Source: Saccostrea echinata
Lineage: Eukaryota
DNA length: 64,000 bases
Assembly: GCF_033153115.1 (NCBI RefSeq)
Contig: NW_026889778.1
Span: 27,342,001-27,406,000, forward strand
Reading direction: 5' to 3'
The notes below the pieces were generated by a model. That model had not been told where the DNA came from and made no database searches. It saw nothing but the letters and a program-made list of their open reading frames with translations. Positions 36,501 through 49,233 of this stretch are shown here, in pieces. Each line of letters starts with the position of its first letter. Position 1 is the first letter of the stretch. The position numbers and the translations under genes were made by a program.

Positions 36501-36599
36501 GCCTCGCCAATTTTATAACTAACTCCTGATTTGTTTGGTTCTTTGTCTCTATTAAATCCTGGTGATGATGCAGGTGCACCCGGTTTGCTTCCAGCTTTA

Positions 36600-37330
36600 C
36601 CAAGAGACTTTCAATAACTAAAGCACTTCGCCTTCACATGTCCTTACCTTTTACAGAAATGACAAACAATCTTACGTTTTTCGACCAATCCCTTGAGATA
36701 CTATTTGTTTACCTTTGGAATTACTAGCGTTTTCGTCCTTGAGAACTTTAATTTCTTTCTGTAGGTCTACAACATCTTTAATCAATATGGCAATCGGGTT
36801 TAACTTCTCAGGTTTCTTCTGTGTAGACCTTGCGTATGTTGCACTTTTATGCATACGTTGGTCAGCAGCAGTAAATGCGTCTCATCCTACCGCATGCCTC
36901 ACAGTGTCGTTTAAATCTACTCGCCTAGCTTGCTTAACTCTTCACCGCAGGTCTCTATCCCGAAGGGCATCTATATATTGTTCTTTAGCAAGCCTTTCTT
37001 TCACTTCAGCTGTATAGTAAGCTAAATTTGTTAGCCTCCTTATATCTTGTCCCAGTTCTGGCAATGATTCCGAAGCTTTCTGTCGCTGCTCACGCAGCTG
37101 AGCTCTAAACAAGAACCTCTCCTCAAGTGCTCTACATAGTAATCTATAATTGCACTTTTCTCCTTCAGGTAAATTGCCAAGAACACCTTTTCTCCTGGCC
37201 TCTTGAAGATACTGCGACGCATACCCATTTCTGCTGTTGTCCACTTATTAAGGCACATATTTCAAAATGTGATTTGAGGCTTGTCAGACTATCTCTTCCA
37301 TGATATATACTAGTAGTCTTTCTAATGCAT
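36600..37330 (-). pseudogene. gag: Gypsy gag (frameshifted)
   Basis: ALEERF...LFRAQLREQRQKASESLPELGQDIRRLTNLAY...EQYIDAL; CCHC knuckle CHFCKR*GHVKAKC at about 36623-36665. Confidence 0.85.
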
Positions 37331-38294
37331 ATGGAGAAATGGTGTTCATTCTTCTCATTTACATATCGGCCATATTGGAGCTATAATGGCGACAGATTCC
37401 ATAAAGGTTTATATAGAGAACGAACAAAAAACCCGCAGATTTTTATATAATAACTATTTCGGATAAAGTTCTTCCGCCGATGTTTAGATTTTTCTTAATA
37501 TTTTCTTCCGGAAATGACAATATTGTTGATGCCAAAGTGAAAGTTGCGACCGCCTTTTTGATTTGAAATTCAGAAGCGAGAATATAATGTTTTAATGAAG
37601 GAAAGAGCACAGAATTGGTGTCTTCATCATTTTTGGTGATTAAATGTAAGTGTTTATTGCAAGTTGACAGAGTTCTTCCGCCGATTAATAGGTGCAGACG
37701 AATGCCTATTTTTATAAAATACAAATGATTTATCATTTCATGAAGAGTTACGACCGCCTTTTTATTTTGAAAAAGGCAATTTCTGGCATCAGTGTGACCT
37801 ACTTATTACCAAAAAAGAAAGAAGACGGTTTCATGAGTTGTCAACTGTTAATAACCCAAAATTCTACCCAAATAACTATGACGGGGGCTTAAAAAAACAA
37901 AACAAGCTGTGCTTGCAGGTTTTAATATAAAAATTTTAAGAAATGGAATATTTCGAGTTTATGCAGGATCTTATGAATATTAATGAGAAATAAATCACGT
38001 GGGAGCAACCTCATGAATAATCTGTACATCATTTCTCCATATGGTGTTTATGTTTTGCACCTGACCCTTGGTATGACCTATCACCTAATGAGGTACGCCT
38101 GCTTTCTGGTATGCCTGAATCCATGGCGTTTGCCTTTTTTACTGTTTCAAGCTGTTTCAGTCAAGCTTTCCTGTAGTCTCTTAAATTCCTTCTCTACAGC
38201 AGCCATCATATTTCACAAATGCAACCCAGCAATAAAGGTATAAGAAAACACAAGCTTAAAAAAAATCAACAAATTTTCAGAATATTGAACCGAG

Positions 38295-38312
38295 ATCCCA
38301 CCGCTGCCACCA
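38295..38312 (-). promoter_or_regulatory. Primer binding site, tRNA-Leu
   Basis: TGGTGGCAGCGGTGGGAT lies 5 nt inside the 5' LTR and is complementary to the 3' end of eukaryotic tRNA-Leu(AAG/TAG) (...AUCCCACCGCUGCCA-CCA). Confidence 0.88.
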
Positions 38313-38317
38313 AATTT

Positions 38318-39028
38318 TGTAAAGTGTTGAGGGGTCCGTACCTGGTTGATTCCAGGATCTCGGGTTTAGATTATAAAATAACTAAATAATTTTCTTCTTA
38401 AAATGATTGTATTAAATGATTAGCCTGCAAATATATACAGATATGGCCCTCCCCTTACTTAGAGGAAAATCTCACTTGAAGGTCGGCCTAATATTTAAAA
38501 GAGAAAGTGGGATGCACCAGTTTTGCCTTATTCAGGCTCGTAGTGTCAGTCACGATGCCGAGTCCTAACCTACTACTAGTGGTCAGCCTCTGACAACAGA
38601 AGATATACAAAATTGTCCTTATTCAGGACGAACAGTCATCCACTGCTATCAGAGACTTACACCGTGTTCAGCAAGGCTACAAGGCAAGCCTCTAAGGGGT
38701 TGTCCTCCCTCCCTTTATGGTCGGCCTCTAAATCGTTAGTCCAATACACAATGCACTTATTTATGTGGCAAGCCTTCACCGTCAGGCAATCCACCTAGTA
38801 TTGATAAAATAATTGTGGCAAGCCTCAGTATTAGGCAATCCACCCAACTAACCTTGTCTTGCAAATACACGTCTTCTTCCCACTGCTGTTTGGACTAAAA
38901 GAACCCCGCAGCTTAGCTGCGCTCGTTTATATACCTTAGTTTTAGGACACGTGATTTGCTACAGCCACTAACAGATCCTCAAAGGCCGACTTGCATATTT
39001 GGAATATATAAAGCTATAAATCGTTACA
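38318..39028 (-). repeat. Gypsy 5' LTR
   Basis: Direct repeat of 31026-31733, followed on the minus strand by the PBS. Confidence 0.95.
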
Positions 39029-39447
39029 CTTGTACAATTTAAAAAAAATGTACATGTACAAAAAATAAAACTATAGGCCGTGTAATTTTGTTTTAGACAG
39101 GCTGCTATCTTGCATTATTGAGGTCACTTACAAATTTCAGTAGTGCAAGGGCATAAACAAGTAAAAAAATTAAAGTTTAGTTTATAAATATGTTCAACAC
39201 CCATTGTTGTTTATGAAAAGCTGCGATCCAATACAGATTAAACAATTTTATTGTTAAAATTATATTTGTATGGCTGCATGCTGAATGTTTTGCAGGTCAA
39301 CTGCATTAAATACATAAATAATTAATTCATTTTCAAGATTTCACCAGGATCGCAACACTTTTCAAATAGCTTAATATTTCTAGATTTTATGTGTAAAAGC
39401 TTACTTTGATCCATTGCGTGTATGCGTTCACTAGAACGATTTATTAA

Positions 39448-39760
39448 GGCCAGACGACACGTTCCTCGAAAATATATAATTTTTCCCAAGAATTTGTCAT
39501 TGAAGTATTACTACTTAGTTTCCTCTCCAAAAATTGAGGTACCTTACCAGGCATTTGGGCTAGATACCAGAGGGTGATATTTCTTACATAATCCTTATGG
39601 GTAATCTTTTGAATTGCCGATGTAACAATTTTTGGTGTACTTATTTTTAAAAACATATTGAAAACAATTTAGAAATCACAAGAGTATGACAATTATGAAT
39701 AATATTTGATATAATACCAAAGTATACAACACATGTATTTCAGGAACGTGTCGTCTGACT
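39448..39760. mobile_element. Short MITE with TTAA TSD (Kolobok-like)
   Basis: TTAA|GGCCAGACGACACGTTCC ... GGAACGTGTCGTCTGACT|TTAA. Confidence 0.8.
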
Positions 39761-40279
39761 TTAAGACCCTTACATTGCCCTCCGATGTCCGTGCATACAA
39801 ATATTCGACAGTATGAGGTGGTTAACTAGGAAATGTACGGAAAATATATGAATAGAATTATAAAAAAGACATTTCATCCATTCTATTTAATTATAAAATA
39901 TATTATTCGTTGTAAAAATATTACGTAATCCCCATCTCGCTGCATACAAACTGCGTCAAGTTTTACGATATGACGTCACATCGCCAAGTGCATTACGATC
40001 AGTGACTTGTTTATACCTTGCTATGTGGGATTTAACTAACTACAAAACAATGGCATAGTAATTTTAAATGTAGTTTAATTCTTTCGTTCACTTTATAATC
40101 GCAAATCATTTCATTTTGTGGTATAAGTTAGGCCCCGCCTTTCTGTAGCCTTAACTGTGCTGCGTATTACCAATGAGAAAAAAATTGAGAAAGACTGTAA
40201 GCTAAACTTAAAGGTTAAGACAACAAGGTCAAAAACCAGAGTGCATTCGGAAAGATCTTGAAACAGAACAGGAAATGCA

Positions 40280-40533
40280 CATTTTACTTGGCACTCAGGA
40301 CCATTGACCAGTGAGGGATCTTTATCGTGCCAACACCTGCCGTCACAATGGGCCTCGGTTTTTAAAGTCTCATTCGAAAGACCCACAACATTCACTTCAA
40401 AGTGCCGAGCGCTTGGCGAAGGAACAGTCGCTACCCTTTTTTTTTTATAGACATAGGTCAGTCGCGGCCGGGGTTTGAACCCCCTACTTTCCGATGACGG
40501 AATCGCTAAACTGACTGAGGCTACCGTGACGGT
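40280..40533 (-). mobile_element. tRNA-derived SINE, 3'-truncated
   Basis: Same head (ACCGTCACGGTAGC...GTTCAAAC) and central domain as the copies at 54525-56358. Confidence 0.8.
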
Positions 40534-40559
40534 CTGTCAAATACAAAAAAAATCTTTTA

Positions 40560-41104
40560 CCATTCAAAGGTTATCAAGAATGTTAAATTTTTTGAGAATT
40601 AGGTCAGACTTCAATATCAAGGAACTGGGGTTTAGAATCATGTTATATTTGGAAACGTGTCGTCTAGTCACAAGTAATGCACATGTCAAAAGAAACGCCT
40701 TATCTTCTCTCATTCAAAACTTATCAGCAATGTTAGAATGTTTGAAAAGTAGGTCAAACTTCAAGGCAAAGTCACGGTGTCAAAGTCATAGTATATTTAG
40801 AAAGGCCTTGCCACAGGTAATGTACATGTGAAATATGAAGGCCCTATAGATCTCTTCTCATTCAAAAGTTATGGCCAAAGTTACAGTAATGTTAAATGTT
40901 TTGAAAAGTAGGTAAAAGTTAAAGGTCACGGTGTTAAAAATCATAGTATATTTGGACAGGCGTTTCACATGTGTATGTGTAATATGAAAGCCCTTTTTTA
41001 TTCGAAATTTCTGACCAAGGTTGAAGTTTTTGTGACTGACAGACGGACAGTTGACAGAATGAGATTACATGTCCCCTCGCTTTCGCAAAAGCGGGGGACA
41101 AAAA
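40560..41104 (-). mobile_element. Helentron-associated element, partial
   Basis: Terminal hairpin GTCCCC(T)CGCTTTCGCAAAAGCGGGGGAC followed by an A-run, GACA/GACG microsatellite, and internal AAAAGTAGGTCAAA repeats. Confidence 0.6.
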
Positions 41105-41686
41105 TGGTGACCACACATTCAGAATCCCAGAGTACCCAGAGATATAGATCAGAAAAGATTTATAAAAAGATAGATACTATCGCTTTAATTCAGTCCAAAT
41201 GTCGAGTCAAATCATCTTATCCTCAATAGTTGTTTTTTTATCCGTGTAGCATGGGTCCGTCTACAACGGTGACAACTGATTACACTGAACAGTGACAGAG
41301 TGAACGGCTTAAATAGGGGCCCTCATATATAACGACTGAATAAAAGAATATAGCGGACAAATTCCTTTTACGAATCGTGATTGGCTTTAACCAACAGAAT
41401 CAGTAGAAGATCTTCCGTTATAACGGAAGAACTTAAAAAGAATAATAATAAATAAAATACAGGATGGCTTAAGACTTCTCCATCTCCCATACAGCCTTGA
41501 AGGACAGACGTTTTTTTCAAGTTTGTTATTTACCTCCTTCCACCCCGCCTCCGCCAAAATTTTTGGTTGTAATTTTATATTTTATATTACTGGAAAATTT
41601 GAATTATCTCCCTTTACAAAATTGGTCTATTTTGCGTTATTCTTTTATACAATCATGTATCGATATAATTTGTGTTGGGGTTGACG

Positions 41687-41835
41687 TTTTTAGATCACCT
41701 GAACTGGAAGTTCAAGAGATTTTCTGATCACATTTTGTTTGCCCTTCCCTCTGTCTCTAAACTTTTCACAATTTCAGCTTTTCTCAAGAACTACTGGCTC
41801 AATTTCAAGAAAATTTGCCACAAAGCATCCGTGGA

Positions 41836-41866
<31 letters not shown>

Positions 41867-42180
41867 GCCATGCCCTTCTTTCAAGGGAATTAGTTAAGTT
41901 CAATTTTGACAATTTTGACACACAAAAGATCCCTCACTGCTCAATGACCCTGAGTGCCATGTATAGGTCTAAATTTGCAGCCATCCACCGGCAAGTGGTG
42001 ACGTCTACATACGAATGAAAAATTCTCGAGATGGACATTATAACAACAAACAAACAAACAGAAACAAAATTGTTTTTGTTCAAATCATGACCCCAGGGGT
42101 ATGGTGGGGCCACAATGGGTGATCAAAGTTTTATATAGGAATATATACAGAAAATCTTTATAAATCTTCTCAAAAACCAG
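41687..42180 (+). mobile_element. Degenerate Cg170-type HINE fragment interrupted by a SINE 3' fragment (about 41920-42065)
   Basis: Similar to the reverse complement of 15062-16544; the inserted piece carries AAAGATCCCTCACTGCTCAATG and a (CAAA)n tail. Confidence 0.65.
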
Positions 42181-42993
42181 ATAGATCTAGCGCTGTAGTC
42201 TTCATTGGAAGAAAATATCATAATTGAAATATTGAATAGTCTTCGGACTATGCACTTCTCCTCTTTTGTGATTGCATGGTAGAAAATTCATGATCTGAAA
42301 ATTTTCACTCATTTCATCGGCTGAAATGCTGTTCAAGAGAAGAAAAATAATTTTCTGGTGATCTAATTTTCATAACGACTTTTTCAAGATTTTTCAATCT
42401 TAAAAAATCGACAAAACGCACAAAAATGAAAATGACACTTTCTCTATAGCATTTATCGAAATGTTTCTGCATATTTTTATGGTTATTCAGAACGTTCCTT
42501 CTCTGCATGCAAACATATTGCAATATGTTTTTATTCCTTTTTTGTTAATATAGTAGGGCCTGTTCTAATGTCTGTAGAAAGGTATTGAAGAAGTACAAAG
42601 CTAAAAAATACCGTTACACAAGAATTATTTAACCTGATAGGAGTACGCTATTTTACTGTTTAAGGTTGTTGCTAAAAACCAACAAAGCTTTAATAAAAAC
42701 CAACAAAGCTTTAAAAACACACAAAATCTAACATTATTAATTAATACAGTAACTTTTTTCCGCGCAATGTTTCTGGACCCACAATCCTTTGCAAATTTAA
42801 GAAAGGAAAGGGAAAAACACACCTTTCAATGATTTTTCAGATAGATGGTATAGATTAAAAATTTGAATTTTTCAGACTTTGTTAAATGGAAATCCGAAAT
42901 GCAACTACACGGGTTGATCCAAAAAAAAATGTCACAACTGCTGTAAAAAAATTATAGATGTATAAACAAAGTTTTACATACTAATTCCAATAA

Positions 42994-43480
42994 TTAGTCC
43001 CCTACCGGTGAAACCGGAGGGGACTATAGGTTTCCTCTGAGTCTGTCCGTCCGTCTGTCCGTCCGTCTGTCTGTCCGTCTGTCTGTCTGTCCCTCTGTCT
43101 GTCTGTCAGTCTGTCCCACTTGGTTTTCCGCACTTTTTTCCTAAACGCTTGCAGATATTGAGCTGATTTTTGGTATGTGAGTGTATCTTGATGAGTTACA
43201 GATCAAGTTTGCATTTCGTTCCGCTTCATTGATTTTTGACGGAATTACGGCCTTTTCATTTTTCACGGGTTTTCCGCAATTTTCTTCTAAACGCTTGTAG
43301 ATATTGAGCTGATTTTTGGTATGTGGCTTTACCTTGATTAGTTATAGAACAAGTTTGCATTTCGTCCCGCTTCATTAATTTTTGACGGAATTATGGCATT
43401 TTCAATTCTTAACGGGAACCAGATTACACTTGCCGGTAGGGGACTAGTATTGCTAATGCAATACTCTCAGAATGCTTGTT
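42994..43480 (+). mobile_element. Helentron-associated element (copy 1)
   Basis: TAGTCCCCTACCGGTGAAACCGGAGGGGACTA 5' hairpin, (GTCT/GTCC)n, two ~140-bp internal repeats, subterminal IR CCGGTAGGGGACTA, and 3' hairpin GTATTGCTAATGCAATAC; inverted copy at 48614-49042. Confidence 0.85.
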
Positions 43481-44453
43481 ATTTTTGTTTTTGCCTTAAA
43501 ATCTGAATCAATTACATAAAATACTTTTTTTTTATTTGTCTATCGCCGCACTGCAAGAATGATACGGCCGTCGATATGATATTTCTTTTCGGCACTTATT
43601 TTCAGTTTATCCGCATATCTTATTAAACCTCTATTGTGCTTTTTTAAATATCTTAACTGCCAATTTGCTATAAAGGCGTTTTGTTTTGAGTAGTTGTTAT
43701 AAAATTATTTAACCTTTGTCCAAATGTTATTTCTTAATTCATTCTTTTTTGCGGAGATCTTATTGTTGCATCTAGGCTCAAGTGCATATATATGGATATT
43801 ATTAACATTAAATGGCATTGAAGCATGTAATCTTGCATTTAAAAAACATACACACATACATTGGAGAGAGGTTTGGGGTTGGGTTTGGTAGTACAATAAT
43901 GCAGTAAATGTACAATACTAATCGGTTTTATTTTCACCTAGCCAACATTTTGATTTGTACACCTGAGACTGTTATATATACATGTATGATCATGAGTAGT
44001 TGTACTTTACCTGAGAATTACGTTCTTAAAGAGAATGAAATAAAACTAAGAATATTTAAATTTAAGCAAGACATTAAACAATTTTACAGATAAGAATGTT
44101 AGATTACTGTACATTAATGTATTTAAAATAAATATACATCTAAATTATTTTTTGAAATTTAAAATTACATAATTATTGATAAAAAAGTGAATTAATTAAA
44201 AAGATTAAAAGTTGTATACAGTCGAAATAGTTTATATACTCTAAACTTAAGTTACCAGTTGTGGATAAAAATATCTGTTTTGATTAAAAAATGTTGAATG
44301 TTAATGATCAAAAGGCATTCAATACCAATTATAGTTTTCTCCATTCTATTGTCTAAGGCGACTTATTGACAATTGTCTGTATTCCCATTTTGTAGTATCA
44401 ATGAATACAAATTTCACGTGGATTCCTTGGACCAAGATTATAGTCATTAATTA

Positions 44454-45719
44454 GGGCCCTGTCACACCAAGCTGCGTCCTCACGGAGTTATTAAGTGTTG
44501 TTAAACTTTTAAAATCGCAGTGGAATCGCAGGAAATTGCACAAATTTCTGTAAAATTTTCACAATGTGAAGATGTCACGGCGTCCCTACGGCGACTCACG
44601 CGTTTCTACGGCGTTCTCGCGGCGTGCTACTGCGTTCCCATGGAGATCTCTTCGCGATTGACTGCGCTACCGCGGAGATTTTACGGCGTGTTAGGAGTTG
44701 TCACCTCGCGTTCACGGCGTTTTCACTGCACTTGCTGCGTTCACAATACGTTCACAATGCGTTCTTCACTATGAATATATATTCAGAAGGCGTGTAAAAC
44801 ATTTTTTTTAAAGATTCAAGTCACATGACGAAAAGACTTTTACTTATGTCAAGAAATATTCTTTAATTAAAATTGATCTATTTGAATAATTTAGTACTAA
44901 ATTATTGATAGTTTTATTATGAAAACCCTTCTTTTTTCAATTATATCAATTCAGATGTGTTTTTATCTTTGATTTTATTATGAATGTAAAAAATAAACAC
45001 ACTGAAAAGTTGTTATAAAATTGTTATAAAAGCAATTCCACCGAAACTCCACTGAAACAACACAACAAGTTTTGGTGTAATTTTTACTTCCCAATTCTAC
45101 TCCCATGCTCCTGGTCAGGAGTGCAAGAAGTACGTTAGAATTATTGCTGATCAAATATGAGGCCATTGCTCTTGTTTTGTGAGCTGGCTGACAGCGCTCT
45201 AACAACGCCGTGAAAGCGCATTGTGATCGCCAACTCTTTGTTGTCGCTGTGTAATTGCAGTCAAAAAAATCACAAGACAATTAAACTCGTTGGAGGCGCC
45301 GTAAAAGCGCGATAGAAACGCAGTGACATCTCCAAGGACTCTGCGAGGTCTCCATGGAAGCGCAGTCTACTATCACTGCGTTCATGCTGCGATCATGTGC
45401 GTCTTCACGGCGTGCGTACGGAACTCCCACTGCGTTGTTGGAGATCTCACCGCGCTGCTACATGTACGGCGATCATACTACGTTTCTACTGCGTTCTTAT
45501 CAGACCGCGATCACACGGCGCGTACTTTGTGCATGCCCAAAGTGCGCGCCGTCCCTTGGCGTTCTAGGAGACCCTATGCGACCCTACCGCGTTCAGTGGA
45601 GATCTCGCCGCGTTGTCACGGCGCTGTAGGAGACTCTACTGCGCTCACCTCGGCGTTTGGCATTTTTTGTGAACGCCGTACGATCGCCGCGAGGACGCAG
45701 TCCCGGGGTGACAGGGGTT
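44454..45719. mobile_element. PIF/Harbinger-like non-autonomous element with GC-rich subterminal repeats
   Basis: TTA|GGGCCCTGTCACACCAAGCTGCGTCCTCACGG ... CCGCGAGGACGCAGTCCCGGGGTGACAGGGGTT|TAA; recurrent CTACTGCG and GGAGATCTC motifs. Confidence 0.75.
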
Positions 45720-47199
45720 TAAGATGTCCACTCATTTTATCATGTGTTGGCCATTTCAAGTTTTAAATGCTAGTATTGGTATGGTTTTGTGATGGGATTT
45801 CAATCTATTATTTAACTCGGAAAATAGCTTCGTTTTTTAATGTGAGTGTGGGACATCTTTATTAGTACCTAATCTTTGTATTTTTTATAAAAGCAATGGA
45901 AATAAGTTTCAATTGTCTTTCCCGCATTTCAGTAAATATTACCTTGTAAATCGACCCAAACCACGTGTTTGTAGTAAAAGTGAAAACGTAGTAGACCGTA
46001 ATGCTCTGCTATTCATTAAGCGGATTGGACAACTGTTCACTTTAAACTACGCTGTGTGTCATAATAACAAGTGACATATAAGGTATTTTCCTCGACCTGT
46101 TTAAAGATATTAGTTTCAGTGATTTTCATTGACCAGATAGGAAAAGCATTTCGATAAACACCCTAAATTAAATAAAAAAAATGAAAATTCAGCCAAAAAA
46201 AAAAAAAAAAAATAACAAGGAAAAAAAATATAGATTTGCAAACTTATGGCTATGAACAGTTTCTAGCATACTGAATGAAGCGCCAAGATCAGAAAGCTGA
46301 GGTAATGTACATTACATATGAGCAAATCTTTAGTTTAATCATGTTACAATTCGACAGTCTTAACCATATTCATGTAGATATAATTATGAGTTGTTTAATT
46401 TGATTCTACAGAAAAGAAATATTTTTAAAATGAAATTGACATTGAAATTCATAAATGTTGTTTACTCTGCTAAATGCTGCTTAAAATCAAATAATTCCAC
46501 TGAATACCAATTCATGCACATATTTATAAATATAAACATGCACAACTTTCTTGAAGTGGAGGCATTTTAACTCTGATGATCTATAAATTCAATGCTTCCG
46601 TCTCCTTTCTCCAGTCTTATAAATCTTTCGTGTAAACATTTGTTGACGTGAGAAAAATTCTTTTCAAGTAGCCTCTCAACACTCACTGGATTCCCTAAAA
46701 CATTGAATGAAAACGTTTGACTAAACTTGAAAACATTTATGTTCAACCAAATTGTGTAGCAACGTTTAAATCATTAATATCAGTATCTGGTTTATTAATA
46801 TATACGACTTTTACTTATTTTCCTTTGTAGGGCCTTTTTGTCAATTTTTTTTTCAAAAACACTGATTTACAGTTTTACAGACAATATACTTGTTTACATG
46901 CATTGGTCAGTTGTTTTATAAATATTTAAATCTCTACATTGCTGACAATGCAGAAGAGGTTCAAGTTTTTCCCGCTTTTTTTGTTGCCATGCTTGTTTTT
47001 TTTTTTAAACATATTTTATTGAGTAAATCAAAAGGATTAAAATGAAATCCTCAAAACCTACTGGTTCCTCTCCTTAAATATTAAGATATGTCATGCAAAA
47101 TAACTGAAAAATTAATTTTACAAGAAATGCAAGTGGAATTTTGTTAGATAACATAGTAATTTAAAATTCACAGGTTTCATCAATAAATTTATGGACAGT

Positions 47200-47348
47200 C
47201 ACAGAATGAATCTCTGCCATTCAGTTAACTGAATGGTGAATTAAAGTCTACTAAAAGGTGACTGAATAGCAGAGCGCTACAATTTAGTGAGCTTTCCAGA
47301 CCTTTCAGTCACCATTCGTTTAACTGAATGGTATAGGTTCATCCTGTG
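47200..47348. mobile_element. Short MITE or internally deleted DNA element
   Basis: CACAGAATGAATCTCTGCCATTCAGTTAA ... TTAACTGAATGGTATAGGTTCATCCTGTG inverted termini. Confidence 0.6.
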
Positions 47349-47777
47349 AGTTGCAAAAAATAGTGTTGTTAATCTGTAAAGGAAAATAAAATTAACATCA
47401 CTCTATAATAACAGATTTGTATCAATAGTGACCAATTCATCAATAAAAAAGGCGATTAAATATATCATTTCTAGCAAACGAATTATTTTTTTACAAGCAA
47501 AGAAGAAACCATATACATCTTCAAATTTACCACTTCAACATAAAATACTATTGATAATACTAAGTCTACACAGATCGTAGTCGTGTCTTACATGTCTTAC
47601 ATGTAATTCAGTAGGTATTATGTTAATTAAGCGTTCTCCAAATGAAATTTGTCGGGGGACTTCTGACTTTGTAAATAAGGTCTTACGGAATACATTGAGT
47701 GAGATAGCTCCTATCGTCTCTACATTAAATGGATTCCTTCATTTCACAGCATCTGGTATGAAAGATCTTTTAATGTA

Positions 47778-48091
47778 AATCAAATACGGTACCAATTTTG
47801 ATGCACCAGATGCGCATTTTGACAAATTATGTCTCTTCAGTGATGCTCATGCCGAAATCCAAAATATTCAAATAAAAAAGACTTTGAAGAGCTGAAAAAT
47901 TGCCAAAGACTGGAGCAAAATATGTTGAAGGATCAGAGCTATGCATCAGGGATATAATCCTTAATTTTGAAATAAATTTCTAAATCTTACCACAGCAATT
48001 GAATATATATCCGTATTTTTAAAATAGTACCGAATTACTTAGTTACTGGGCTGTAGAGACCCTCGGGGACTAACAGTCCACCAGCAGAGGC
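47778..48091 (-). mobile_element. Penelope-like terminal repeat fragment carrying a hammerhead-like motif
   Basis: A discrete ~310-bp insert interrupting the LINE frame; contains CTGAAGA-stem-(A)AAA-stem-ATC. The Penelope assignment rests on recalled oyster repeat sequence and on this motif. Confidence 0.55.
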
Positions 48092-48613
48092 TTAATAATT
48101 TTAATCTGTATCCTGGGACAGTGAATTGTTCTTTATTACGGGTATGATGTTCTGATACATTTTCACGCTTGTTTGGGACAATATCACTCAGATATTCAGG
48201 CACGACCCAACATTTTGAATCTTGAACATGGTAGTCATTTTTGCGATATAGCGCCTGTATTTTAACGTTTCTAAACCAGTTTCGGAGCAAAGTATTTTTT
48301 AGACACAAAAATATGAAGACCTGTGATAATTCTAGTAGCAGATAATAATACTTTTTCAAGCTTTGCAGCATCCCGATAAGAGCAGAATTCCAAAACAACT
48401 GAAATATATTCAAGCCAAGGTCTGATAAATGTAGTATACAATTTTGAAAGGTTATTCCTACAAATAATAAATTTCAGTTTTTTTAAAAAGCCCAAATTTT
48501 CTTATAAGTATTGTTTACAATACCATCAATATATTCAGACCAGCTAAGGTTTTGCCACAATAATAGACCGAAGTGACGATGAACTTGAACAAACTACAGT
48601 CTATCGCCTTAAA

Positions 48614-49042
48614 AACAAGCATTCTGAGAGTATTGCATTAGCAATACTAGTCCCCTACCGGCAAGTGTAATCTGGTTCCCGTTAAAAATTGAAAATGCCA
48701 TGATTCCGTCAAAAATCAATGAAGCGGAACGAAATGCAAACTTGATCTATAACTTATCAAGGTAAAGCCACATACCAAAAATCAGCTCAATATCTTCAAG
48801 CGTTTAAGAAAAAATTCCGGAAAACCCCCAACAATTGAAAAGGTCGTAATTCCGTCAAAAATCATTGAAGCGGAACGAAATGCAAACTTGATCTGTAACT
48901 CATCAAGATACACTCACATGCCAAAAATCAGCTCAATGTCTGCAAGCGTTTAGAAAAAAGTGCGGAAAACCAAGTGGGAAAGACTGACAGACAGAGGGAC
49001 AGACAGGCAGACGGATGGACAGACTCAGAGGAAACTTATAGG
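48614..49042 (-). mobile_element. Helentron-associated element (copy 2, 5' hairpin missing)
   Basis: Reverse complement of about 43025-43480. Confidence 0.85.
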
Positions 49043-49233
49043 AAAATAGCTCAAGCATAACAAAAGAAATTTTATTCTCGAAAAAATGATCTTTGTTTTG
49101 GAAGGGTTGAGTTTTAGAAGCCACTTGTTTAAACACAATTCAAGAACATGTGAATCGTGATTCAGCTTATATTCAATTTCTAATACGTCGTATAAGGATT
49201 GTTGGGGGGAACTTTGATCAGCAAACAATCTAC

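Larger units (their letters stand above)
31026..39028 (-). mobile_element. Full-length degenerate Ty3/Gypsy LTR retrotransposon
   Basis: Two ~710-bp TG..CA LTRs, 4-bp TSD CATG/CTTG (one mismatch), PBS, PPT, and gag-PR-RT-RH-INT order with stops and frameshifts. Confidence 0.95.
30073..39104. mobile_element. Non-autonomous DNA element (about 1 kb) split by the Gypsy insertion
   Basis: TIRs CAGCCTGTATGAAATAAAATTACACGGCCTATA (30073) and TATAGGCCGTGTAATTTTGTTTTAGACAGGCTG (39104); subterminal TGTACATGTACAA repeats in both arms. Confidence 0.75.

Noticed and set aside
44520-45766. GC-rich ORFs of 84-147 aa
   Set aside because: They arise from stop-poor subterminal repeats of the Harbinger-like MITE; no recognisable domain.
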